From Eledone cirrhosa (lineage: Eukaryota), in the NCBI GenBank assembly GCA_964016885.1, contig OZ024743.1, positions 339,326,001 through 339,390,000 on the forward strand: 64,000 bases of DNA, in the 5' to 3' direction. Made by a program: the position numbers and the translations under genes. Position 1 is the first letter of the stretch, and the number at the start of each line of letters is the position of its first letter. The notes beneath the pieces are model-generated. The model was not told the DNA's origin. It made no database searches and saw nothing but the letters and a program-made list of their open reading frames with translations. Below, in pieces: positions 27,501 to 40,300 of the stretch.

Positions 27501-28137
27501 TTACATACACTCCTGCACTCTACCAAGTGGAGTTTGGAATCTATATCTCTATTACATACACTCCTGCACTCTACCAAGTGGAGCTGGGAGTCTATATCTC
27601 TCTTACATATACTCCTGCACTCTACCAAGTGGAGCTGGAGGTCTATATCTCTCTTACATACACTCCTGCATTCTACCAAGTGGAGTTGTGCATCTATATC
27701 TCTTTTACATACACTCCTGCACTCTACCAAGTGGAGCTGGGGTTCTATATCTCTCTTACATACACTCCTGCACTCTACCAAGTGGAGCTGGGGTTCTATA
27801 TCTCTTACATACAATCCTGCCCTCTACCAAGTGGAGTTGGGGGGTTCTATCTCTCTTACATACACTCCTGAACTCTACCAAGTGGAGCTGGGGTTCTATA
27901 TCTCCCTTACATACACTCCTGCACTCTACCAAGTGGAGCTGGGAGTCTATATCTCTTACATACACTTCTGCACTCTACCAAGTGGAGCTGGGAGTCTATA
28001 TCTCTCTTACATACACTCCTGCATTCTACCAAGTGGAGCTGGGAGTCTATATCTCTCTTACATACACTCCTTCACTCTACCAAGTGGAGTTGGGAGTCTA
28101 TATTTCTCTTACATACACTCCTGCACTCTACCAAGTG
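21555..28137 (+). repeat. Non-adjacent duplicate of block ~11130-18120 (offset 10425, then 10017 after a net ~408-bp length difference)
   Basis: ORF pairs 11195/21620, 12239/22664 and 13790/24215 are offset by 10425; 15293/25310, 16068/26085 and 17739/27756 by 10017. Shared rare variants include TCTGTATC, CACCCCTG, TTTTAGATAC and GTGGTGTTGG. Confidence 0.9.
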
Positions 28138-31100
28138 GAGTTGGGGTCTATATCTCTCTTACAATACACTTCTGCACTCCACCAAGTGGAGTTGGGGGTC
28201 TATATCTCTTACATACACTCCTGCACTCTACCAAGTGGAGTTGGGGGTCTATATCTCTCTTACATACACTCCTGCACTCTACCAAGTGGAGTTGGGGGTC
28301 TATATCTCTCTTACATACACTCCTGCACTCTACCAAGTGGAGTTGGGGTCTATATCTCTCTTACATACACTCCTGCACTCTACCAAGTGGAGTTGGGGTC
28401 TATATCTCTCTTACAATACATTTCTGCACACTACCAAGTGGAGTTGGGGGTCTATATCTCTTACATACACTCCTGCACTCTACCAAGTGGAGTTGGGGGT
28501 CTATATCTCTCTTACATACACTCCTGCACTCTACCAAGTGGAGTTGGGGTCTATATCTCTCTTACATACACTCCTGCACTCTACCAAGTGGAGTTGGGAG
28601 TCTATATTTCTCTTACATACACTCCTGCACTCTACCAAGTGGAGCTGGGGTCTATATATCTCTTACATACACTCCTGCACTCTACCAAGTGGAGCTGGAG
28701 GTCTATATATCTCTTACATACACTCCTGCACTCTACCAAGTGGAGATGGGGTTCTATATCTCTCTTACATACACTCCTGCACTCTACCAAGTGGAGTTTA
28801 GAATCTATATCTCTCTTACATACACTCCTGCACTCTACCAAGTGGAGCTGAGAGTCTATATCTCTATTACATACACTCCTGCACTCTACCAAGTGGAGCT
28901 GGGAGTCTATATCTCTCTTACATATACTCCTGCACTCTACCAAGTGGAGCTGGAGGTCTATATTTCTCTTACATACACTCCTGCATTCTACCAAGTGGAG
29001 TTGTGCGTCTATATCTCTTTTAGATACACTCCTGCACTCTACCAAGTGGAGCTGGGGTTCTATATCTCTCTTACATACACTCCTGCACTCTACCAAGTGG
29101 AGCTGGGGTTCTATATCTCTTACATACAATCCTGCCCTCTACCAAGTGGAGTTGGGGGGTTCTATCTCTCTTACATACACTCCTGAACTCTACCAAGTGG
29201 AGCTGGGGTTCTATATCTCCCTTACATACACTTCTGCACTCTACCAAGTGGAGCTGGGAGTCTATATCTCTTACATACACTTCTGCACTCTACCAAGTGG
29301 AGCTGGGAGTCTATATCTCTCTTGCATACACTCCTGCACTCTACCAAGTGGAGTTGGGAGTCTATATTTCTCTTACATACACTCCTGCACTCTACCAAGT
29401 GGAGTTTGGAATCTATATCTCTATTACATACACTCCTGCACTCTACCAAGTGGAGCTGGGAGTCTATATCTCTCTTACATATACTCCTGCACTCTACCAA
29501 GTGGAGCTGGAGGTCTATATCTCTCTTACATACACTCCTGCATTCTACCAAGTGGAGTTGTGCATCTATATCTCTTTTACATACACTCCTGCACTCTACC
29601 AAGTGGAGCTGGGGTTCTATATCTCTCTTGCATACACTCCTGCACTCTACCAAGTGGAGCTGGGGTTCTATATCTCTTACATACAATCCTGCCCTCTACC
29701 AAGTGGAGTTGGGGGGTTCTATCTCTCTTACATACACTCCTGAACTCTACCAAGTGGAGCTGGGTTCTATATCTCCCTTACATACACTCCTGCACTCTAC
29801 CAAGTGGAGCTGGGAGTCTATATCTCTTACATACACTTCTGCACTCTACCAAGTGGAGCTGGGAGTCTATATCTCTCTTACATACACTCCTGCACTCTAC
29901 CAAGTGGAGCTGGGAGCCTATATCTCTCTTACATACACTCCTTCACTCTACCAAGTGGAGTTGGGAGTCTATATTTCTCTTACATACACTCCTGCACTCT
30001 ACCAAGTGGAGTTGCGGGGTCTATATCTCTCTTACATACACTCCTGCACTCTACCAAGTGGAGCTGGGAGTCTATATCTCTTACATACACTCCTGCACTC
30101 TACCAAGTGGAGTTGGAGGTCTATATCTCTCTTACATACACTCCTGCACTCTACCAAGTGGAACTGGGGTTCTATATTTCTCTTACATACACTCCTTCAC
30201 TCTACCAAGTGGTGTTGGGGGTCTATATCTCTTACATACAATCCTGCCCTCTACCAAGTGGAGTTGGGGGGTTCTATCTCTCTTACATACACTCCTGCAC
30301 TCTACCAAGTGGAGCTGGGAGTCTATATCCCTCTTACATACACTCCTGCACTCTACCAAGTGGAGCTGGGGGTCTATATCTCTCTTACATACACTCCTGC
30401 ACTCTACCAAGTAGAGTTGGGTGGTCTATATCTCTCTTACATACACTCCTGCACTCTACCAAGTGGAGTTGGGGGTCTATATCTCTCTTACGTACACTCC
30501 TGCACTCTACCAAGTGGAACTGGGGTCTATATATCTCTTACATACACTCCTGCAGTCTACCAAGTGGAGTTGGGGGTCTATATCTCTCTTACGTACACTC
30601 CTGCACTCTACCAAGTGGAACTGGGGTCTATATATCTCTTACATACACTTCTGCACTCTACCAAGTGGAGCTGGGGTCTATATATCTCTTACATACACTC
30701 CTGCACTCTACCAAGTGGAGCTGGGGTCTATATCTCTCCTACATACACTCCTGCACTCTACCAAGTGGAACTGGGGTCTATACATCTCTTACATACACTC
30801 CTGCACTCTACCAAGTGGAGTTGGGGGTCTATATCTCTCTAACGTACACTCCTGCACTCTACCAAGTGGAACTGGGGTCTATATATCTCTTACATACACT
30901 TCTGCACTCTACCAAGTGGAGCTGGGGTCTATATATCTCTTACATACACTCCTGCACTCTACCAAGTGGAGCTGGGGTCTATATCTCTCCTACATACACT
31001 CCTGCACTCTACCAAGTGGAACTGGGGTCTATACATCTCTTACATACACTCCTGCACTCTACCAAGTGGAGTTGGGGGTCTATATCTCTCTTACGTACAC

Positions 31101-34100
31101 TCCTGCACTCTACCAAGTGGAGCTGGGGTCTATATCTCTCTTACATACACTCCTGCACTCTACCAAGTGGAGTTGGGAGTGTATATCTCTCTTACATACA
31201 CTCCTGCACTCTACCAAGTAGAGTTGGGGTCTATATCTCACTAACATACACTCCTGCACTCTACCAAGTGGAGTTGGGTGTCTATATCTCTCTTACATAC
31301 ACTCCTGCACTCTACCAAGTGGGGCTGGGGTCTATATCTCTCTTACATACACTCCTGCACTCTACCAAGTGGAGCTGGAGGTCTATATATCTCTTACATA
31401 CACTCCTGCACTCTACCAAGTGGAGATGGGGTTCTATATCTCTCTTACATACACTCCTACACTCTACCAAGTGGAGTTTAGAATCTATATGTCTCTTACA
31501 TACACTCCTGCACTCTACCAAGTGGAGCTGAGAGTCTATATCTCTATTACATACACTCCTGCACTCTACCAAGTGGAGCTGGGAGTCTATATCTCTCTTA
31601 CATATACTCCTGCACTCTACCAAGTGGAGCTGGAGGTCTATATCTCTCTTACATACACTCCTGCATTCTACCAAGTGGAGTTGTGGGTCTATATCTCTTT
31701 TACATACACACCTGCACTCTACCAAGTGGAGCTGGGGTTCTATATCTCTCTTACATACACTCCTGCACTCTACCAAGTGGAGCTGGGGTTCTATATCTCT
31801 TACATACACTTCTGCACTCTACCTAGTGGAGCTGGGAGTCTATATTTCTCTTACATACACTCCTGCACTCTACCAAGTGGAGTTGCGGGGTCTATATCTC
31901 CCTTACATACACTCCTGCACTCTACCAAGTGGAGCTGGGAGTCTATATCTCTTACATACACTTCTGCACTCTACCAAGTGGAGTTGGGGGTCTATATCTC
32001 TCTTACATACACTCCTGCACTCTACCAAGTGGAACTGGGGTCTATATATCTCTTACATACACTCCTGCACTCTACCAAGTGGAGCTGGGAGTCTATATCT
32101 CTTACATACACTTCTGCACTCTACCAAGTGGAGCTGGGAGTCTATATCTCTATTACATACACTCCTGCACTCTACCAAGTGGAGCTGGGAGTCTATATCT
32201 CTCTTACATACACTCCTGCACTCTACCAAGTGGAGTTGGGCGTCTATATCTCTCTTACATACACTCCTGCACTCTACCAAGTGGAGTTGGGGGTCTATAT
32301 CTCTCTTACGTACACTCCTGCACTCTACCAAGTGGAACTGGGGTCTATATATCTCTTACATACACTCCTGCACTCTACCAAGTGGAGTTGGGGGTCTATA
32401 TCTCTCTTACGTACACTCCTGCACTCTACCAAGTGGAACTGGGGTCTATATATCTCTTACATACACTCCTGCACTCTACCAAGTGGAGCTGGGAGTCTAT
32501 ATCTCTCTTACATACACTCCTGCACTCTACCAAGTGGAGTTGGGGTCTATATCTCTATTACATACACTCCTTCACTCTACCAAGTGGAGTTGGGAGTCTA
32601 TATTTCTCTTACATACACTCCTGCACTCTACCAAGTGGAGTTGCAGGGTCTATATCTCTCTTACATACACTCCTGCACTCTACCAAGTGGAGCTGGGAGT
32701 CTATATCTCTTACATACACTCCTGCACTCTACCAAGTGGAGTTGGGGGTCTATATCTCTCTTACATACACTCCTGCACTCTACCAAGTGGAGTTGGGGTC
32801 TATATCTCTCTTACATACACTCCTGCACTCTACCAAGTGGAGTTGGGAGTCTATATTTCTCTTACATACACTCCTGCACTCTACCAAGTGGAGCTGGGGT
32901 CTATATATCTCTTACATACACTCCTGCACTCTACCAAGTGGAGCTGGAGGTCTATATATCTCTTACATACACTCCTGCACTCTACCAAGTGGAGCTGGGA
33001 GCCTATATCTCTCTTACATATACTCCTGCACTCTACCAAGTGGAGCTGGAGGTCTATATCTCTCTTACATACACTCCTGCATTCTACCAAGTGGAGCTGG
33101 GGTTCTATATCGCTCTTACATACACTCCTGCACTCTACCAAGTGGAGCTGGGGTTCTATATCTCTTACATACAATCCTGCCCTCTACCAAGTGGAGTTGG
33201 GGGGTTCTATCTCTCTTACATACACTCCTGAACTCTACCAAGTGGAGCTGGGGTTCTATATCTCCCTTACATACACTCCTGCACTCTACCAAGTGGAGCT
33301 GGGAGTCTATATCTCTTACATACACTTCTGCACTCTACCAAGTGGAGCTGGGAGTCTATATCTCTCTTGCATACACTCCTGCACTCTACCAAGTGGAGCT
33401 GGGAGTCTATATCTCTCTTACATACACTCCTTCACTCTACAAAGTGGAGTTGGGAGTCTATATTTCTCTTACATACACTCCTGCACTCTACCAAGTGGAG
33501 TTTGGAATCTATATCTCTATTACATACACTCCTGCACTCTACCAAGTGGAGCTGGGAGTCTATATCTCTCTTACATATACTCCTGCACTCTACCAAGTGG
33601 AGCTGGAGGTCTATATCTCTCTTACATACACTCCTGCATTCTACCAAGTGGAGTTGTGCATCTATATCTCTTTTACATACACTCCTGCACTCTACCAAGT
33701 GGAGCTGGGGTTCTATATCTCTCTTACATACACTCCTGCACTCTACCAAGTGGAGCTGGGGTTCTATATCTCTTACATACAATCCTGCCCTCTACCAAGT
33801 GGAGTTGGGGGGTTCTATCTCTCTTACATACACTCCTGAACTCTACCAAGTGGAGCTGGGGTTCTATATCTCCCTTACATACACTCCTGCACTCTACCAA
33901 GTGGAGCTGGGAGTCTATATCTCTTACATACACTTCTGCACTCTACCAAGTGGAGCTGGGAGTCTATATCTCTCTTACATACACTCCTGCATTCTACCAA
34001 GTGGAGCTGGGAGTCTATATCTCTCTTACATACACTCCTTCACTCTACCAAGTGGAGTTGGGAGTCTATATTTCTCTTACATACACTCCTGCACTCTACC

Positions 34101-34260
34101 AAGTGGAGTTGGGGTCTATATCTCTCTTACAATACACTTCTGCACTCCACCAAGTGGAGTTGGGGGTCTATATCTCTTACATACACTCCTGCACTCTACC
34201 AAGTGGAGTTGGGGGTCTATATCTCTCTTACATACACTCCTGCACTCTACCAAGTGGAGT
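22390..34260 (+). repeat. Higher-order tandem duplication, 5968-bp period (~118 monomers), 2 copies
   Basis: ORFs recur at +5968 (22664/28632; 23103/29071; 25310/31278; 27756/33724). The variant CTCTAACGTAC is seen at ~24869 and ~30837. I noticed only isolated differences, such as CTACATC at ~26529 and CTATACC at ~26810 in copy 1. Confidence 0.95.
24590..25150 (+). repeat. Local 5-monomer (251-bp) tandem duplication
   Basis: CTCTCCTAC followed by GGAACT...CTATACATC occurs at ~24766 and ~25017. A related 251-bp module is the extra segment at ~20740-20990 relative to the paralogous block near 16380. Confidence 0.8.
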
Positions 34261-37200
34261 TGGGGTCTATATCTCTCTTACATACACTCCTGCACTCTAC
34301 CAAGTGGAGTTGGGAGTCTATATTTCTCTTACATACACTCCTGCACTCTACCAAGTGGAGCTGGGGTCTATATATCTCTTACATACACTCCTGCACTCTA
34401 CCAAGTGGAGCTGGAGGTCTATATATCTCTTACATACACTCCTGCACTCTACCAAGTGGAGATGGGGTTCTATATCTCTCTTACATACACTCCTACACTC
34501 TACCAAGTGGAGTTTAGAATCTATATCTCTCTTACATACACTCCTGCACTCTACCAAGTGGAGCTGAGAGTCTATATCTCTATTACATACACTCCTGCAC
34601 TCTACCAAGTGGAGCTGGAGGTCTATATCTCTCTTACATACACTCCTGCATTCTACCAAGTGGAGTTGTGCGTCTATATCTCTTTTACATACACTCCTGC
34701 ACTCTACCAAGTGGAGCTGGGGTTCTATATCTCTCTTACATACACTCCTGCACTCTACCAGGTGGAGCTGGGGTTCTATATCTCTTACATACAATCCTGC
34801 CCTCTACCAAGTGGAGTTGGGGGGTTCTATCTCTCTTACATACACTCCTGAACTCTACCAAGTGGAGCTGGGGTTCTATATCTCCCTTACATACACTCCT
34901 GCACTCTACCAAGTGGAGCTGGGAGTCTATATCTCTTACATACACTTCTGCACTCTACCAAGTGGAGCTGGGAGTCTATATCTCTCTTGCATACACTCCT
35001 GCACCCTACCAAGTGGAGCTGGGAGTCTATATCTCTCTTACATACACTCCTTCACTTTTCAAAGTGGAGTTGGGAGTCTATATTTCTCTTACATACACTC
35101 CTGCACTCTACCAAGTGGAGTTTGGAATCTATATCTCTATTACATACACTCCTGCACTCTACCAAGTGGAGCTGGGAGTCTATATCTCTCATACATATAC
35201 TCCTGCACTCTACCAAGTGGAGCTGGAGGTCTATATCTCTCTTACATACACTCCTGCATTCTACCAAGTGGAGTTGTGCATCTATATCTCTTTTACATAC
35301 ACTCCTGCACTCTACCAAGTGGAGCTGGGGTTCTATATCTCTCTTACATACACTCCTGCACTCTACCAAGTGGAGCTGAGAGTCTATATCTCTATTACAT
35401 ACACTCCTGCACTCTACCAAGTGGAGTTGGGTGTCTATATCTCTCTTACATACACTCCTGCACTCTACCAAGTGGGGCTGGGGTCTATATCTCTCTTACA
35501 TACACTCCTGCACTCTACCAAGTGGAGCTGGAGGTCTATATATCTCTTACATACACTCCTGCACTCTACCAAGTGGAGATGGGGTTCTATATCTCTCTTA
35601 CATACACTCCTACACTCTACCAAGTGGAGTTTAGAATCTATATGTCTCTTACATACACTCCTGCACTCTACCAAGTGGAGCTGAGAGTCTATATCTCTAT
35701 TACATACACTCCTGCACTCTACCAAGTGGAGCTGGGAGTCTATATCTCTCTTACATATACTCCTGCACTCTACCAAGTGGAGCTGGAGGTCTATATCTCT
35801 CTTACATACACTCCTGCATTCTACCAAGTGGAGTTGTGGGTCTATATCTCTTTTACATACACACCTGCACTCTACCAAGTGGAGCTGGGGTTCTATATCT
35901 CTCTTACATACACTCCTGCACTCTACCAAGTGGAGCTGGGGTTCTATATCTCTTACATACACTTCTGCACTCTACCTAGTGGAGCTGGGAGTCTATATTT
36001 CTCTTACATACACTCCTGCACTCTACCAAGTGGAGTTGCGGGGTCTATATCTCCCTTACATACACTCCTGCACTCTACCAAGTGGAGCTGGGAGTCTATA
36101 TCTCTTACATACACTTCTGCACTCTACCAAGTGGAGTTGGGGGTCTATATCTCTCTTACATACACTCCTGCACTCTACCAAGTGGAACTGGGGTCTATAT
36201 ATCTCTTACATACACTCCTGCACTCTACCAAGTGGAGCTGGGAGTCTATATCTCTTACATACACTTCTGCACTCTACCAAGTGGAGCTGGGAGTCTATAT
36301 CTCTATTACATACACTCCTGCACTCTACCAAGTGGAGCTGGGAGTCTATATCTCTCTTACATACACTCCTGCACTCTACCAAGTGGAGTTGGGCGTCTAT
36401 ATCTCTCTTACATACACTCCTGCACTCTACCAAGTGGAGTTGGGGGTCTATATCTCTCTTACGTACACTCCTGCACTCTACCAAGTGGAACTGGGGTCTA
36501 TATATCTCTTACATACACTCCTGCAGTCTACCAAGTGGAGTTGGGGGTCTATATCTCTCTTACGTACACTCCTGCACTCTACCAAGTGGAACTGGAGTCT
36601 ATATATCTTTTACATACACTTCTGCACTCTACCAAGTGGAGCTGGGGTCTATATATCTCTTACATACACTCCTGCACTCTACCAAGTGGAGCTGGGGTCT
36701 ATATCTCTCCTACATACACTCCTGCACTCTACCAAGTGGAACTGGGGTCTATATATCTCTTACATACACTCCTGCACTCTACCAAGTGGAGTTGGGGGTC
36801 TATATCTCTCTTACGTACACTCCTGCACTCTACCAAGTGGAACTGGGGTCTATATATCTCTTACATACACTCCTGCACTCTACCAAGTGGAGCTGGGAGT
36901 CTATATCTCTCTTACATACACTCCTGCACTCTACCAAGTGGAGTTGGGGTCTATATCTCTATTACATACACTCCTTCACTCTACCAAGTGGAGTTGGGAG
37001 TCTATATTTCTCTTACATACACTCCTGCACTCTACCAAGTGGAGTTGCAGGGTCTATATCTCTCTTACATACACTCCTGCACTCTACCAAGTGGAGCTGG
37101 GAGTCTATATCTCTTACATACACTCCTGCACTCTACCAAGTGGAGTTGGGGGTCTATATCTCTCTTACATACACTCCTGCACTCTACCAAGTGGAGTTGG

Positions 37201-37340
37201 GGTCTATATCTCTCTTACATACACTCCTGCACTCTACCAAGTGGAGTTGGGAGTCTATATTTCTCTTACATACACTCCTGCACTCTACCAAGTGGAGCTG
37301 GGGTCTATATATCTCTTACATACACTCCTGCACTCTACCA
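34100..37340 (+). repeat. Non-adjacent duplicate of block ~18370-21560 (offset 15731, then 15782 after one extra monomer)
   Basis: ORF pairs 18617/34348, 18937/34668 and 19700/35431 are offset by 15731; 20300/36082 and 20424/36206 by 15782. Shared rare variants include ACCAGGTGG, GCACCCTAC, CACTTTTCAAAG and CTCTCATACATAT. Confidence 0.9.
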
Positions 37341-40300
37341 AGTGGAGCTGGAGGTCTATATATCTCTTACATACACTCCTGCACTCTACCAAGTGGAGCT
37401 GGGAGCCTATATCTCTCTTACATATACTCCTGCACTCTACCAAGTGGAGCTGGAGGTCTATATCTCTCTTACATACACTCCTGCATTCTACCAAGTGGAG
37501 CTGGGGTTCTATATCGCTCTTACATACACTCCTGCACTCTACCAAGTGGAGCTGGGGTTCTATATCTCTTACATACAATCCTGCCCTCTACCAAGTGGAG
37601 TTGGGGGGTTCTATCTCTCTTACATACACTCCTGAACTCTACCAAGTGGAGCTGGGGTTCTATATCTCCCTTACATACACTCCTGCACTCTACCAAGTGG
37701 AGCTGGGAGTCTATATCTCTTACATACACTTCTGCACTCTACCAAGTGGAGCTGGGAGTCTATATCTCTCTTGCATACACTCCTGCACTCTACCAAGTGG
37801 AGCTGGGAGTCTATATCTCTCTTACATACACTCCTTCACTCTACAAAGTGGAGTTGGGAGTCTATATTTCTCTTACATACACTCCTGCACTCTACCAAGT
37901 GGAGTTTGGAATCTATATCTCTATTACATACACTCCTGCACTCTACCAAGTGGAGCTGGGAGTCTATATCTCTCTTACATATACTCCTGCACTCTACCAA
38001 GTGGAGCTGGAGGTCTATATCTCTCTTACATACACTCCTGCATTCTACCAAGTGGAGTTGTGCATCTATATCTCTTTTACATACACTCCTGCACTCTACC
38101 AAGTGGAGCTGGGGTTCTATATCTCTCTTACATACACTCCTGCACTCTACCAAGTGGAGCTGGGGTTCTATATCCCCTTACATACAATCCTGCCCTCTAC
38201 CAAGTGGAGTTGGGGGGTTCTATCTCTCTTACATACACTCCTGAACTCTACCAAGTGGAGCTGGGGTTCTATATCTCCCTTACATACACTCCTGCACTCT
38301 ACCAAGTGGAGCTGGGAGTCTATATCTCTTACATACACTCCTGCATTCTACCAAGTGGAGCTGGGAGTCTATATCTCTCTTACATACACTCCTTCACTCT
38401 ACCAAGTGGAGTTGGGAGTCTATATTTCTCTTACATACACTCCTGCACTCTACCAAGTGGAGTTGCAGGGTCTATATCTCTCTTACATACACTCCTGCAC
38501 TCTACCAAGTGGAGTTGGGAGTCTATATCTCTTACATACACTCCTGCACTCTACCAAGTGGAGTTGGGGGTCTATATCTCTCTTACATACACTCCTGCAC
38601 TCTATCAAGTGGAGCTGGAGTCTATATATCTCTTACATACACTCCTGCACTCTACCAAGTAGAGTTGGGGGGCCTATATATATCTTACATACACTCCTGC
38701 ACTCTACCAAGTGGAGTTGGGGTCTATATCTCTCTTACAATACACTTCTGCACTCCACCAAGTGGAGTTGGGGGTCTATATCTCTTACATACACTCCTGC
38801 ACTCTACCAAGTGGAGTTGGGGGTCTATATCTCTCTTACATACACTCCTGCACTCTACCAAGTGGAGTTGGGGTCTATATCTCTCTTACATACACTCCTG
38901 CACTCTACCAAGTGGAGTTGGGAGTCTATATTTCTCTTACATACACTCCTGCACTCTACCAAGTGGAGCTGGGGTCTATATATCTCTTACATACACTCCT
39001 GCACTCTACCAAGTGGAGCTGGAGGTCTATATATCTCTTACATACACTCCTGCACTCTACCAAGTGGAGATGGGGTTATATATCTCTCTTACATACACTC
39101 CTACACTCTACCAAGTGGAGTTTAGAATCTATATCTCTCTTACATACACTCCTGCACTCTACCAAGTGGAGCTGAGAGTCTATATCTCTCTTACATACAC
39201 TCCTGCACTCTACCAAGTGGAGCTGGAGGTCTATATATCTCTTACATACACTCCTGCACTCTACCAAGTGGAGATGGGGTTCTATATCTCTCTTACATAC
39301 ACTCCTACACTCTACCAAGTGGAGTTTAGAATCTATATGTCTCTTACATACACTCCTGCACTCTACCAAGTGGAGCTGAGAGTCTATATCTCTATTACAT
39401 ACACTCCTGCACTCTACCAAGTGGAGCTGGGAGTCTATATCTCTCTTACATATACTCCTGCACTCTACCAAGTGGAGCTGGAGGTCTATATCTCTCTTAC
39501 ATACACTCCTGCATTCTACCAAGTGGAGTTGTGGGTCTATATCTCTTTTACATACACACCTGCACTCTACCAAGTGGAGCTGGGGTTCTATATCTCTCTT
39601 ACATACACTCCTGCACTCTACCAAGTGGAGCTGGGGTTCTATATCTCTTACATACACTTCTGCACTCTACCTAGTGGAGCTGGGAGTCTATATTTCTCTT
39701 ACATACACTCCTGCACTCTACCAAGTGGAGTTGCGGGGTCTATATCTCCCTTACATACACTCCTGCACTCTACCAAGTGGAGCTGGGAGTCTATATCTCT
39801 TACATACACTTCTGCACTCTACCAAGTGGAGTTGGGGGTCTATATCTCTCTTACATACACTCCTGCACTCTACCAAGTGGAACTGGGGTCTATATATCTC
39901 TTACATACACTCCTGCACTCTACCAAGTGGAGCTGGGAGTCTATATCTCTTACATACACTTCTGCACTCTACCAAGTGGAGCTGGGAGTCTATATCTCTA
40001 TTACATACACTCCTGCACTCTACCAAGTGGAGCTGGGAGTCTATATCTCTCTTACATACACTCCTGCACTCTACCAAGTGGAGTTGGGCGTCTATATCTC
40101 TCTTACATACACTCCTGCACTCTACCAAGTGGAGTTGGGGGTCTATATCTCTCTTACGTACACTCCTGCACTCTACCAAGTGGAACTGGGGTCTATATAT
40201 CTCTTACATACACTCCTGCAGTCTACCAAGTGGAGTTGGGGGTCTATATCTCTCTTACGTACACTCCTGCACTCTACCAAGTGGAACTGGAGTCTATATA

